Virus record (IMG/VR): IMGVR_UViG_3300030616_000001
Coordinates: 1-64,000 of that record
Direction: 5' to 3' (one strand)
Source: a virus
DNA: 64,000 nucleotides
Shown here piece by piece: positions 30,045 through 38,220 of the stretch (position 1 is the stretch's first letter; each line of letters begins with the position of its first letter). The notes beneath the pieces were generated by a model. The model searched no databases. It saw only the letters and a program-made list of their open reading frames with translations, and was not told where the DNA came from. A program made the translations under genes and the position numbers.

Positions 30045-31076
30045 CTAGTCCACTTCCTCGCGGATCGCGGTGCCGCCGATGCTGTAGGCGCCGAGTTCAC
30101 CGGCCTTGACGTCGGCCCACAGGTCGTCGTCGGCGACGCGGACGCCCAGCATCCACGTTCCTTTGATGATGTCGTACGCTTTGTCCCCCTCACCCAGCGA
30201 GAAGGCGACCGGTGCGATGTAGCACTCCAGGACGCGGACCTTGTCCTTGCCCAGTGCCTTCCACGAGTGGTGGAGATCGATCGCGCCGTAGTTCTCCATC
30301 CAGGCGTGTGCCGCCCTACGGATGTCCTCGGCGCTGTAGATGTCTCCCTGCGTGTCCGGCTTGAGCGGGGCGTCGCCTTCGCCGTCGTTGGGTTCCAGGA
30401 CCAGGGACATGACGAACCGTTCCTCGGCGCCGTCCTCGGCCTTGTTGACCGTCGCCGTCTCGGTCAGGATCCGCAGCCCAGCGGCCATGATCCCCTTGTT
30501 GACCGCGTGGACGGCCTCCCACCGCTTGATCGAGTCGGTCAGCGACTTCTGCCCATCGTCGGTGCTGCGCTCCGTGTCCTTGTCGATCTTGCCGTAGGCC
30601 GCGCTGATCCCCGTGTCCACGGTGATCGTGCGGTACTCCGAGAAGAACTGCGGGTCGTACTGGCGGAACCGGTACGACGTCTCCGTCTCGTCCACCCCGT
30701 AGTCCCCGAACCCGTCGTGATCTGTGACCCACTTCCGCGCCTCCTCCAGGGTGAACTCGTCCTTGGAGAAGATCAGGGTCTGGATCGCCCACGTGCCATT
30801 GGAGCCGGGGGGCACGCGCCCGCCCTCCGGCTTGGCGGCTTCGTCGTCCGCCTGGATCACGTACACCGACTCGTCGTCCACACCGGCCACCGTGACGGCG
30901 CCGACCTTGCGCACCTTCATTCCGGCCGGTGGATCGAAGCAGTCCATCCCCGGTCCGGCGATGGCCACGGCCGCCTTGTACAGTGCGTCCAGGATCTGCG
31001 CGTCGCTCATCCCGAAGAACGAGATCGGCACGCCGTCGTCGTTCTCCTGGCTCGATGTGAAGATTCCGATTTCCAC
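30045..31076 (-). CDS. Prohead maturation protease (XkdF-like serine protease)
   Basis: VLEP...DTQGDIYSAEDIRRAAH...H...ECYIAP...GTW...DLWADVKAGELGAYSIGG. Confidence 0.85.
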   Translation of the reverse strand: MEIGIFTSSQENDDGVPISFFGMSDAQILDALYKAAVAIAGPGMDCFDPPAGMKVRKVGAVTVAGVDDESVYVIQADDEAAKPEGGRVPPGSNGTWAIQTLIFSKDEFTLEEARKWVTDHDGFGDYGVDETETSYRFRQYDPQFFSEYRTITVDTGISAAYGKIDKDTERSTDDGQKSLTDSIKRWEAVHAVNKGIMAAGLRILTETATVNKAEDGAEERFVMSLVLEPNDGEGDAPLKPDTQGDIYSAEDIRRAAHAWMENYGAIDLHHSWKALGKDKVRVLECYIAPVAFSLGEGDKAYDIIKGTWMLGVRVADDDLWADVKAGELGAYSIGGTAIREEVD

Positions 31077-31102
31077 GGTGTACCTCCCAGGGGATCAGCG
31101 GG

Positions 31103-32026
31103 CTAGTCGCGGCCGCGCTCCTTCGCCTTGCGGATCTGCGAGGCCTGCTCCTCGGGTGTCTGGTTCTTGGCCGCCAGGTCGCGCCCGCCGAGCCACGCGC
31201 TCGAGGCCTTGCTGACGTCGCCGTCGCCGTCCCCCTCGTCGCCGTCGCCGTCGCCGTCGCCACCCTCGTCGCCCTCGTCACCGTCGCCGTCGTCCAGCTT
31301 CTCCAGCTCGGGCAACACCGCCTCGGCCGCGGCCTTGAGCTCGTCGCACTTGGCCATGATCGCGGCGCTGGTGCGGATCGCGTCCTTGAGGGGCCAGTCG
31401 TCCCACAGGGAGTCCAGCTGGTCCTTGGTCAGTTCCCCGGACTCGATCGCGGCCTTGATCTTGCCGTACTTCTCCAGGAGGGTGTCGATGGCCTCCATGG
31501 CGAGGGCCTGGGCCGTTGGCTTGTCGCCCTGCTTGCCCGCCGCCGGTTCGACCGAACCGTCCCCGTCGCCGCTGTCACCGGTCCCCTCGTCCCCCGCGCC
31601 CTCGTCACCTTCGCCGGCGCCGTCCATGTCGTCCTGCTTGGCGGCCTCCAGGGCAGCGATCCGATCCTCCAGTGCGGCGATCACGTCGGCCTCGGACTTC
31701 TCCACGGGGAGTTCCACCGCGACCAGGCCCTCGGAGTCGGTGACCCCCTGGGCCTTGACCGCGGCCAGGTTCTTCTTGACCAGTGGCAGCAGGTCCATGT
31801 CGCCGTCCTCGATCTTCTGGACCGCGTCCTCGTGCCACGCCTTGAACTCGGCCAGGGTCATGGTCTTGAGGGTGGTCGCGGCCTCCTCGTCGGCCTCGGT
31901 CGCGGCCTTGATCGCCGCGCTGATCTTCGCCAACTCGGCGGCCTCCTCCTTGGACAGCTTGTCCTTGGCGCTCTTGGCCGCGAGAACGGCCTGACGCTTC
32001 ACCAGCTCGAGAAATTTCTTGTTCAT
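31103..32026 (-). CDS. Acidic helical scaffold/internal head protein
   Basis: 307 aa of coiled coils separated by Gly/Asp/Glu linkers (GDGDEGDEGGDGDGDG). Confidence 0.55.
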   Translation of the reverse strand: MNKKFLELVKRQAVLAAKSAKDKLSKEEAAELAKISAAIKAATEADEEAATTLKTMTLAEFKAWHEDAVQKIEDGDMDLLPLVKKNLAAVKAQGVTDSEGLVAVELPVEKSEADVIAALEDRIAALEAAKQDDMDGAGEGDEGAGDEGTGDSGDGDGSVEPAAGKQGDKPTAQALAMEAIDTLLEKYGKIKAAIESGELTKDQLDSLWDDWPLKDAIRTSAAIMAKCDELKAAAEAVLPELEKLDDGDGDEGDEGGDGDGDGDEGDGDGDVSKASSAWLGGRDLAAKNQTPEEQASQIRKAKERGRD

Positions 32027-32391
32027 TGGGTGTCTCCTTCCGGCACGCCGTAGGAACCCCTCGCAGGAGCCGGCGTGTAGATTCCTCCGTCCAGTTCACA
32101 GCGCAACGCGCGTCCCATCTCGGCCTCGATCCTGGAGATGGAGTATCCAAGATCGCCGCGGAACACGCGGAACCAACGCGCCATCTTCTCGGCGCGTCTC
32201 TTCATCTCTGACCCGGTCTGAACCCGTTCCCGGAAGGCCTTGCCCATGACCTTCTCGTCGTGGTCGAACGACTCGCGGAGGACCCTCTCGAACATGGCCA
32301 TCGCTCGCTTCGCCTGGTGCGGTTGCAGCATCAGGTCCGCGAATGGACCGCCCGTCGCCGAGCCAATGGGCTTTGGGATTAGCACTTCCAT
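32023..32391 (-). CDS. Hypothetical protein, first gene of the capsid operon
   Basis: 122 aa, ATGA overlap with the next gene, preceded by a promoter-like element. Confidence 0.55.
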   Translation of the reverse strand: MEVLIPKPIGSATGGPFADLMLQPHQAKRAMAMFERVLRESFDHDEKVMGKAFRERVQTGSEMKRRAEKMARWFRVFRGDLGYSISRIEAEMGRALRCELDGGIYTPAPARGSYGVPEGDTQ

Positions 32392-32398
32392 TTTCTAC

Positions 32399-32443
32399 AG
32401 CCTACTCCTTTCTGCTGGATCTCGTCAACTCTATCGTCAACTC
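32399..32443 (-). promoter_or_regulatory. Sigma70-like promoter with tandem 10-bp direct repeat
   Basis: Minus strand TTGACG(32428-32423)-N18-TAGGCT(32404-32399). TCGTCAACTC repeated at 32422-32431 and 32434-32443. Confidence 0.5.
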
Positions 32444-32739
32444 GGCCAGTCGACGTGTTCGTCGTCAACGTCCAGCCCGATGCTGGGCAGCGCCAAGCAG
32501 AGCGCCTGGTAGTTGCCCGAGAAACCCTTCCACCCCTTGACCACGCCGGCGTCCATGCTCATGTCCGAGAACGTCACCGCTCCCAGATCGGCGCGGACCT
32601 CGAGCAGCCTCGTGATCGCCTTCTCCGTCTCCTTGGTGGCGTACCACCACTCACCCTTGCCTGTTCTGTCCCCGCCCTTCCAGCGCAGGATCGCCGCCAC
32701 GTTGCCGTTGCGGTCCGTGATCGGAATCTGACCCGTCAT
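32437..32739 (-). CDS. Small protein translationally coupled to MuF (candidate immunity/partner)
   Basis: 100 aa, ATGA overlap with the MuF stop, last gene before a promoter. Confidence 0.6.
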   Translation of the reverse strand: MTGQIPITDRNGNVAAILRWKGGDRTGKGEWWYATKETEKAITRLLEVRADLGAVTFSDMSMDAGVVKGWKGFSGNYQALCLALPSIGLDVDDEHVDWPS

Positions 32740-35700
32740 GGAATGAAGCTCCCCTTGGCCTGGGCCATGTAGTAGCCGACGTGATCCGGGTTGGCCTCGT
32801 ACATCACGTTGAGCTTGGGGTTAACGGCGGTGTCGGCGGCGAACGACTCCGACATCACCGAGTTGGTTTCCGCGCCACGGTGGCTGTAGACGCGGCCGCA
32901 GTACGAGTCACCCCACTTCCCGCGCTTGTACCGGTAGGAGTAGCCGCTGGAGTACGTCTTGGTGAACACCTTGCCACCGTGCGTGGCGTATGTATCGCGG
33001 AACGCCAGTGCCGCATCGAGTCCCTTGCCCAACGTGTCCACGTAGTGCCCGAACTCGTGGCGGAAGATCGCGGACAACCGGGTCGCGCTCGCATCGGCGG
33101 GCAGCACGATCACGTTCAGGCTCTGCATGTAGTAGGCGCCGTCGTAGGCGTGCGTGGCCTTGAAGATCCTGGGCAGTCCCCTTTTCAGCGCCTCGTCCAT
33201 AACCCGCTGGGACAGGTGCTCGAACGCCTCGTTGTACAGCTTGGCGGCGGCGTCGTGGGACACCTTGCGCAGCCCCACCTTGGACGGGGCGACGAACGCT
33301 CCCATCGACCCCTCCTTGACCGACCGCTGCGTGGCCTTGCGCACAACGTCCGTCTCGACCTGGAACACCTTGTCCGTGTGCTTGCTGACGATCCCCTTGT
33401 TGAACCGCCTCACCTTGCCCGTCTCGGCCTGGACGAAGTCGCGGATCCTGGCGGCACGTTCGTGCTTATGGAGGTTGCGGCCGAACCGCCGCTGCATCTT
33501 GGCCGTCTCGGTGGCCAGGTAGTCGGACAGCCGTGCGCTCTCCCGCTTGATCCGCTCCTTCAGCTGCTTCTTCACAGACACCCCATCGAGGAGGCCATAC
33601 TCGCTGTAGTCGGCAGCCTTCCCGGCGCCGGGCTGTTGCGGCTTGGGTGGCGCAGGCGGCTTCTTCTTCGGCTTCTTCTTTTTCGGCCCCTCGATCTTGG
33701 GCTTGGGCTTCGGCCTGACCGTGGGATCGGTGGGCTTCTTTTTCGGCTTCTTCTTGGGCGGCGTGGTGGGACGCTTGGGACCTGGGCCGGACTTGGGCGC
33801 CATCTTGGGCGCGGGTTTGCCGAACGTGACCTTGGAGGGATCGGTGGTGCGCTGAATGTATCCACGCTTCTCCATCCTGCCCAGGACCGTCTCGATCCGC
33901 TCGTCGGTGGCGGCCTTCCTCAGCGCCTTGATGTCGTGGCGTGCCGCGACCCGCAGATCGCTGTTGAACTTGATGTACTGGAGGTCCCCGGTGGTGCTGC
34001 TGCGCAGGGTGTAGACCCGGTGGGCCGCGGGTTGTGCCGTCTCGGCGAGCACCACCTCGCGCGTGGTCGCGCTGCCCAACCTCTCGATGTGCATCACCAC
34101 GCCGTTGGTGTCTGCGGACAGGTTGAGCTTCTTGGACAGGTCGGACAGCACGTCCTTGACCGGGTCCTTCGCCTTGGCCACCTGGGCCGGTTTCGCCATG
34201 CCGCGGATCACCCGGTACTCCGGGTCGTACTGGTATCGCTGATAGACCGCCGCCGGTTTCATCTCGCCCGTTGCCGGGTTGGAGAACCACCGCTTGTGCA
34301 GCCGTCCCGGCGCCACGAAGTCCTCGGTGAACGGATACCGTTCGATCAGGTCGGGATCGCCCACCGACACGGGCTTGTCCTGGGACGGAACGGGGTGACC
34401 GATCTGCGGCCGCGGCCCGACCCCGCTCGGCACCTTGCCGCCCTTGGGCACGATCTTCGGCGCCACTGGAGCTCCGCCGCCTGCACGGGGCATCTGGTTG
34501 CGCGGCACCGACACCGTGGTGGTGACCGGGATCGTCCACGACCTGCAGAGGTGGTGGTACGGTGGCGGCCCGATGTTGGCGTCGGCCAGTTGGTTGCCGG
34601 CCTTGTAGTATTTGAAGATCCCTCTGTCATCGAGGCGCCCCATGCCGCTGCGGACCACGTCCGCGATCTTGGTGCCGTTGTTGGCCGTGACGATGGACTT
34701 GACCCCGGTCTTCTGGTCCACACGCTCACGGAGGAACGGCGATGCGTCTCGGATGTCCTCGGGACGTGCCACGTTCATCGCGCCTATGATCTGCTGGCTC
34801 ACAACGTGCGTCTCGATGATCTGGCCGTCCAGGCACCGGCAGATTTCTGTGGTGCGTTCGTCCAGAACCGCCTGGACCTCGAGCGCCTCTATGCCCACCT
34901 CGATGTAGCCGCTGACCTCGGCGTAGGAACGGGCGCGGTTGATCGCCGCCGACGCCACCGCTGTGAAGTACCTGGCCCCCATCGCCTGCCACGCCTGGGG
35001 GATCGCCTTCTGGAGCGCGGCACCGATCTCGGTGCGGCCCAACCCGTCCCGCAATCCCTGTTGCACCACGTTCCGCGCACGTGCGGTCAACCTGTCCGAC
35101 CGGACACCGGCGGCGTCCCGCATCCACCACCCGTTCTGATCCGCGATGGTCTGGATCGCCACGAGGTCGGGCTGGCGCAGGGACATGCCCACCGACGGCA
35201 GGAAGTTGGACCGCACCACCTTGCGTGCGTTGGTGAACACACCCTGGAGCTTGGTTTCCACCTTGGTGCGCCACGTCGGCATCACGTCCTTCGCAGCTGC
35301 CCCCAGCATCTTGCGGAGATCGCCACGGATCATCGCCAGCTTCTTCGCGCTGTCCTGGGCGGACAGGTTGGGCCAGTCGATGTTGAGGCGCCGAACGTAC
35401 TTCTCCAGCTTGGGCGCCAGGATCTCCCGCTCGGCGAATCGCAGCTGCCCGGCGAGTCGTTGGGCGATCAGGCGCGAGTCCACTGGATCCTGCGGGGACA
35501 GGGCCTTCTCCACCAGCACACCACTCGGCCCAACCATCGACGCCGCGGCGTTGAGCTCGGCCTCGGCGGGTCGCATCGGGGTGATCGTCTCCACCCTCTC
35601 AAACACCGTGCGCCGTCCCCTGAACCGGGAACGGAGGATCGTGACCTCCCCCATAGGGAGACACTTCACGGCCTCCTGGCGGACATGCTGCATGGTGCGT

Positions 35701-35888
35701 GCGTCGACGTGGACCGGGACCACCCCGGCCCCGCCCATAACGACCATCGCGTACCCTTCGGCCTTGACCAGTGGCGCCTTGCCCCGCACGCCCACCTTCC
35801 ACAGCGCCACAACGGGGTCGGTCCCCAGGTCAGCGACCGGATCCAAGGTCATGAACCCGCTCGCGGGCGTGGAGTACGCGCCGAGCAT
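32736..35888 (-). CDS. MuF/SPP1 gp7-like minor head protein with C-terminal zincin metallopeptidase (1050 aa)
   Basis: DERTTEICRCLDG and PPYHHLCRS MuF motifs, Lys/Pro linker, C-terminal RHEFGHYVD. Start reassigned to ATG 35888 (TAATG overlap). Confidence 0.85.
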   Translation of the reverse strand: MLGAYSTPASGFMTLDPVADLGTDPVVALWKVGVRGKAPLVKAEGYAMVVMGGAGVVPVHVDARTMQHVRQEAVKCLPMGEVTILRSRFRGRRTVFERVETITPMRPAEAELNAAASMVGPSGVLVEKALSPQDPVDSRLIAQRLAGQLRFAEREILAPKLEKYVRRLNIDWPNLSAQDSAKKLAMIRGDLRKMLGAAAKDVMPTWRTKVETKLQGVFTNARKVVRSNFLPSVGMSLRQPDLVAIQTIADQNGWWMRDAAGVRSDRLTARARNVVQQGLRDGLGRTEIGAALQKAIPQAWQAMGARYFTAVASAAINRARSYAEVSGYIEVGIEALEVQAVLDERTTEICRCLDGQIIETHVVSQQIIGAMNVARPEDIRDASPFLRERVDQKTGVKSIVTANNGTKIADVVRSGMGRLDDRGIFKYYKAGNQLADANIGPPPYHHLCRSWTIPVTTTVSVPRNQMPRAGGGAPVAPKIVPKGGKVPSGVGPRPQIGHPVPSQDKPVSVGDPDLIERYPFTEDFVAPGRLHKRWFSNPATGEMKPAAVYQRYQYDPEYRVIRGMAKPAQVAKAKDPVKDVLSDLSKKLNLSADTNGVVMHIERLGSATTREVVLAETAQPAAHRVYTLRSSTTGDLQYIKFNSDLRVAARHDIKALRKAATDERIETVLGRMEKRGYIQRTTDPSKVTFGKPAPKMAPKSGPGPKRPTTPPKKKPKKKPTDPTVRPKPKPKIEGPKKKKPKKKPPAPPKPQQPGAGKAADYSEYGLLDGVSVKKQLKERIKRESARLSDYLATETAKMQRRFGRNLHKHERAARIRDFVQAETGKVRRFNKGIVSKHTDKVFQVETDVVRKATQRSVKEGSMGAFVAPSKVGLRKVSHDAAAKLYNEAFEHLSQRVMDEALKRGLPRIFKATHAYDGAYYMQSLNVIVLPADASATRLSAIFRHEFGHYVDTLGKGLDAALAFRDTYATHGGKVFTKTYSSGYSYRYKRGKWGDSYCGRVYSHRGAETNSVMSESFAADTAVNPKLNVMYEANPDHVGYYMAQAKGSFIP

Positions 35889-36265
35889 TAGGACTCCGAG
35901 GGTTCGATCTCGAGCTTGGGCGGCGGCTTGACGCCTGCCTTGGCCAGCTTCTTCGGGATGGGCCTGGACGGGCGCACCGGAGGTTCGCACTCGGTGGCTC
36001 GCCCGTTCTTGATCGTGAACCAGATCCCGCACTTCTTGCAGTGGCCGCTGCCGCAGTGGATCGGGCGGTCCAGGGTGGGCGAGGACTTGGCGTTGTACAC
36101 CTCGGCCCTGGTGAACTGCATCGCGTGGCACTTGGGACACCGGAGGATCACGGCGCCGCTACGGTGGGCCATGATGTCACCGAGGGCGGGGTGGGGACGG
36201 CGCCCAAGGGTGTCCACGCCGTCGATCACCTTGTACGGTCCGTCGTACCATTCCCGCTCGGTCAT
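35888..36265 (-). CDS. Zn-binding protein (DUF6527-like)
   Basis: LRCPKC...SPTLDRPIHC...CKKC...FTIKNG. Start at ATG 36265 (ATGA overlap). Confidence 0.5.
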   Translation of the reverse strand: MTEREWYDGPYKVIDGVDTLGRRPHPALGDIMAHRSGAVILRCPKCHAMQFTRAEVYNAKSSPTLDRPIHCGSGHCKKCGIWFTIKNGRATECEPPVRPSRPIPKKLAKAGVKPPPKLEIEPSES

Positions 36266-36786
36266 CTGTCCCCTCCAGGTGGGCGCCCCTTGGCCCACAG
36301 CGGCCCGAACTGGACGTCCACGGTGCCGACCGCGTCCGGGTCCAGTGAGTGGACGCCGGCGCAGAACCCACGGAACGCGGCGGTGCCGTCGAGCACGGTC
36401 AGGACCTCGGTGGAGAACGGGGTGAACGCCCCGGGGTTGGCCGGGACGGGCTGCGGCGGCTCCTGCTTGGTGTACGCCAGATAGAACGCCGCGTACTTCG
36501 CAGCCGCGTTGGCGATCATGGCCAGGGCGCCTTCCAGCTTGCCGGTCTTCTGGTTGACGACCAGACCGAACGAGTTGGCAGCGACCTCACACGCCCAGTC
36601 GTACCTGGCGGCGGCCATCGACTCGCCGAGTTCACCGCCGCCGTACTGGCGCTCCAGTCCCTTGGTGAATGTGAACTTGAGCTCCACGAGGTCGTCCTCG
36701 CGCGGCCGAGGGATCGGGATCGGCAACGGAACCGTGATCGGGTCCAGTTCGTCGGGGAATGTGTCCCCACCACCACCGCTTGCCAT
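36262..36786 (-). CDS. Hypothetical protein
   Basis: 174 aa, RBS, co-oriented and coupled to the next gene. Confidence 0.6.
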   Translation of the reverse strand: MASGGGGDTFPDELDPITVPLPIPIPRPREDDLVELKFTFTKGLERQYGGGELGESMAAARYDWACEVAANSFGLVVNQKTGKLEGALAMIANAAAKYAAFYLAYTKQEPPQPVPANPGAFTPFSTEVLTVLDGTAAFRGFCAGVHSLDPDAVGTVDVQFGPLWAKGRPPGGDR

Positions 36787-36855
36787 CTAGTCCTCGTCCT
36801 TCGGCGGCCAGTCCTTGGGTACTGGGCGCGGTTTCGGTTTGTCGTCGGATCGCAT
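36787..36855 (-). CDS. 22-aa micro-ORF MRSDDKPKPRPVPKDWPPKDED
   Basis: Read by hand. GGAAAGGA RBS 6 nt before ATG, fills the intergenic gap exactly, and its TAG is followed immediately by the in-frame ATG of the next gene. Confidence 0.45.
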   Translation of the reverse strand: MRSDDKPKPRPVPKDWPPKDED

Positions 36856-36874
36856 GTCGTGTCCTTTCCGCCGT

Positions 36875-37993
36875 CTACGCGGGTGCGCCTGTCGCGTCTA
36901 CCCAACCGGCGCCGGCCCACCAGATAGGCATGCCGAGTGTCGTGTCGAAATACTGCTTGCCGGTGTCTGTCGCTCCCAGGGCACCGGGCCTGTCGCCCGT
37001 GACGCCGTAACCCAGGTGCATCGACACCGCGCCCTTGTCCACGTACTTCGTCTCCTTGGTGGCGGGGTCGCGTGCCAGGATGTGTGTCAGGACGTCGTCC
37101 TGGGCCGGGTCGTCCCAGATGTTGAGGTTGCGCTGGTACACCTTGTCGGGGTCGGTGATCGTGACGCCGTTCAGTCCGATGGCCACCGACCTGTCGGCGG
37201 TCGCTTCCATCACCACCGTCCGGCCGCCGATGATCTGCGCCTCGGTGGCGCCGGCCTTGATCTCGTGGTTGAGGCCACCCCAGATCCCGCACCGTGTCGC
37301 CGCCGCGCCGGTCTGGGTCGCACCGTAGGACCCGTTGACCGTGGAGAAGTTGTACGAACCCTGCCCGCGTGCCTGGAGGTAGCGGATCGTGGCGCCGCTC
37401 CAGTATCCGTTGCCGATCGCGACGGCCGTGGCGGCGGTCGCCTTGCAGAATCCGCCGATCGCCACCGCGCTCCAGTACGTCGCCTCACACTCCATGCCGA
37501 TGGCGAGCGCGTACCCCTCGTTGGCCTTGGACTTGTAGCCGAGGGCGGTGGCTCCCCACCCCTTGGCCTCGTTCTCCTCGCCTCGGGTCATCGCGTAGGA
37601 TCCAGACGCTTCGGACTGGCCGGCCAACGCGGCCGCGGCGTACCCCGACACGTCGTTGAGGAATCCGGCCGCGAACGAGGACGGCCCAAGGGTGGCGCCT
37701 GGATCCCGTGGCGGGTATGCCGGGCCGTACGCGTCGATGCTCGAGATGTCGAACGCCCCGTGGACCGTTCCGAGTCCCGCGATCAGGTCGAGCGCGTTGA
37801 GTGCGCCGATGTCGATGTCCAGTGGCATGGACATGACCGCCGAACTGCCCACGTCCAGGACGCTCTGGAGATCCTGCATGATCCCGCCGGCGTTCACGAG
37901 GTCCACAAGCTCGTTGATCTTCTCCACCACGGGATGGTCCATCCCGTTGAGGATCCCTTGGATGTCGTCACTGGTGAGTTTCTCCGCTGTCAT
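36875..37993 (-). CDS. Trimeric fibre/adhesin-like protein with YadA-head-type repeats
   Basis: 14-residue repeats (AKGWGATALG, ANEGYALAIG, ATYWSAVAIG, ATAATAVAIG) and C-terminal RP...GKQYFDTTLGMPIWW...WVDATG fibre module. Confidence 0.7.
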   Translation of the reverse strand: MTAEKLTSDDIQGILNGMDHPVVEKINELVDLVNAGGIMQDLQSVLDVGSSAVMSMPLDIDIGALNALDLIAGLGTVHGAFDISSIDAYGPAYPPRDPGATLGPSSFAAGFLNDVSGYAAAALAGQSEASGSYAMTRGEENEAKGWGATALGYKSKANEGYALAIGMECEATYWSAVAIGGFCKATAATAVAIGNGYWSGATIRYLQARGQGSYNFSTVNGSYGATQTGAAATRCGIWGGLNHEIKAGATEAQIIGGRTVVMEATADRSVAIGLNGVTITDPDKVYQRNLNIWDDPAQDDVLTHILARDPATKETKYVDKGAVSMHLGYGVTGDRPGALGATDTGKQYFDTTLGMPIWWAGAGWVDATGAPA

Positions 37994-38220
37994 TGATCTC
38001 TCCTGTATTCGCGGCCCAGCGTGGCGGGAGAGACGACCCGCTCCATACCGCCGAGGCCAGAGATGGCGGACGTGAGGCGGATCATGCCTGTGTCGTCCAC
38101 CTCGGCGACACGGACGCGGCGCATCGGGTGCGGTTCGCCGGCCTCGTCGATCGCCAGGTTGATGAAGTAGTCCCCGACGTGGACTGACGGATCCTTTGCG
38201 GCGTCGAACAGGCTACCCAT
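37990..38220 (-). CDS. Hypothetical protein
   Basis: 76 aa, overlaps the portal stop and the next start. Confidence 0.55.
   Translation of the reverse strand: MGSLFDAAKDPSVHVGDYFINLAIDEAGEPHPMRRVRVAEVDDTGMIRLTSAISGLGGMERVVSPATLGREYRRDQ

Noticed and set aside
6825-35891. Very long plus-strand ORFs (e.g. 6825-9338, 9729-12170, 27899-29809, 32781-35891)
   Set aside because: They are antisense shadows of real minus-strand genes in high-GC DNA, with Arg/Gly/Val/His-skewed composition, no motifs and no RBS.
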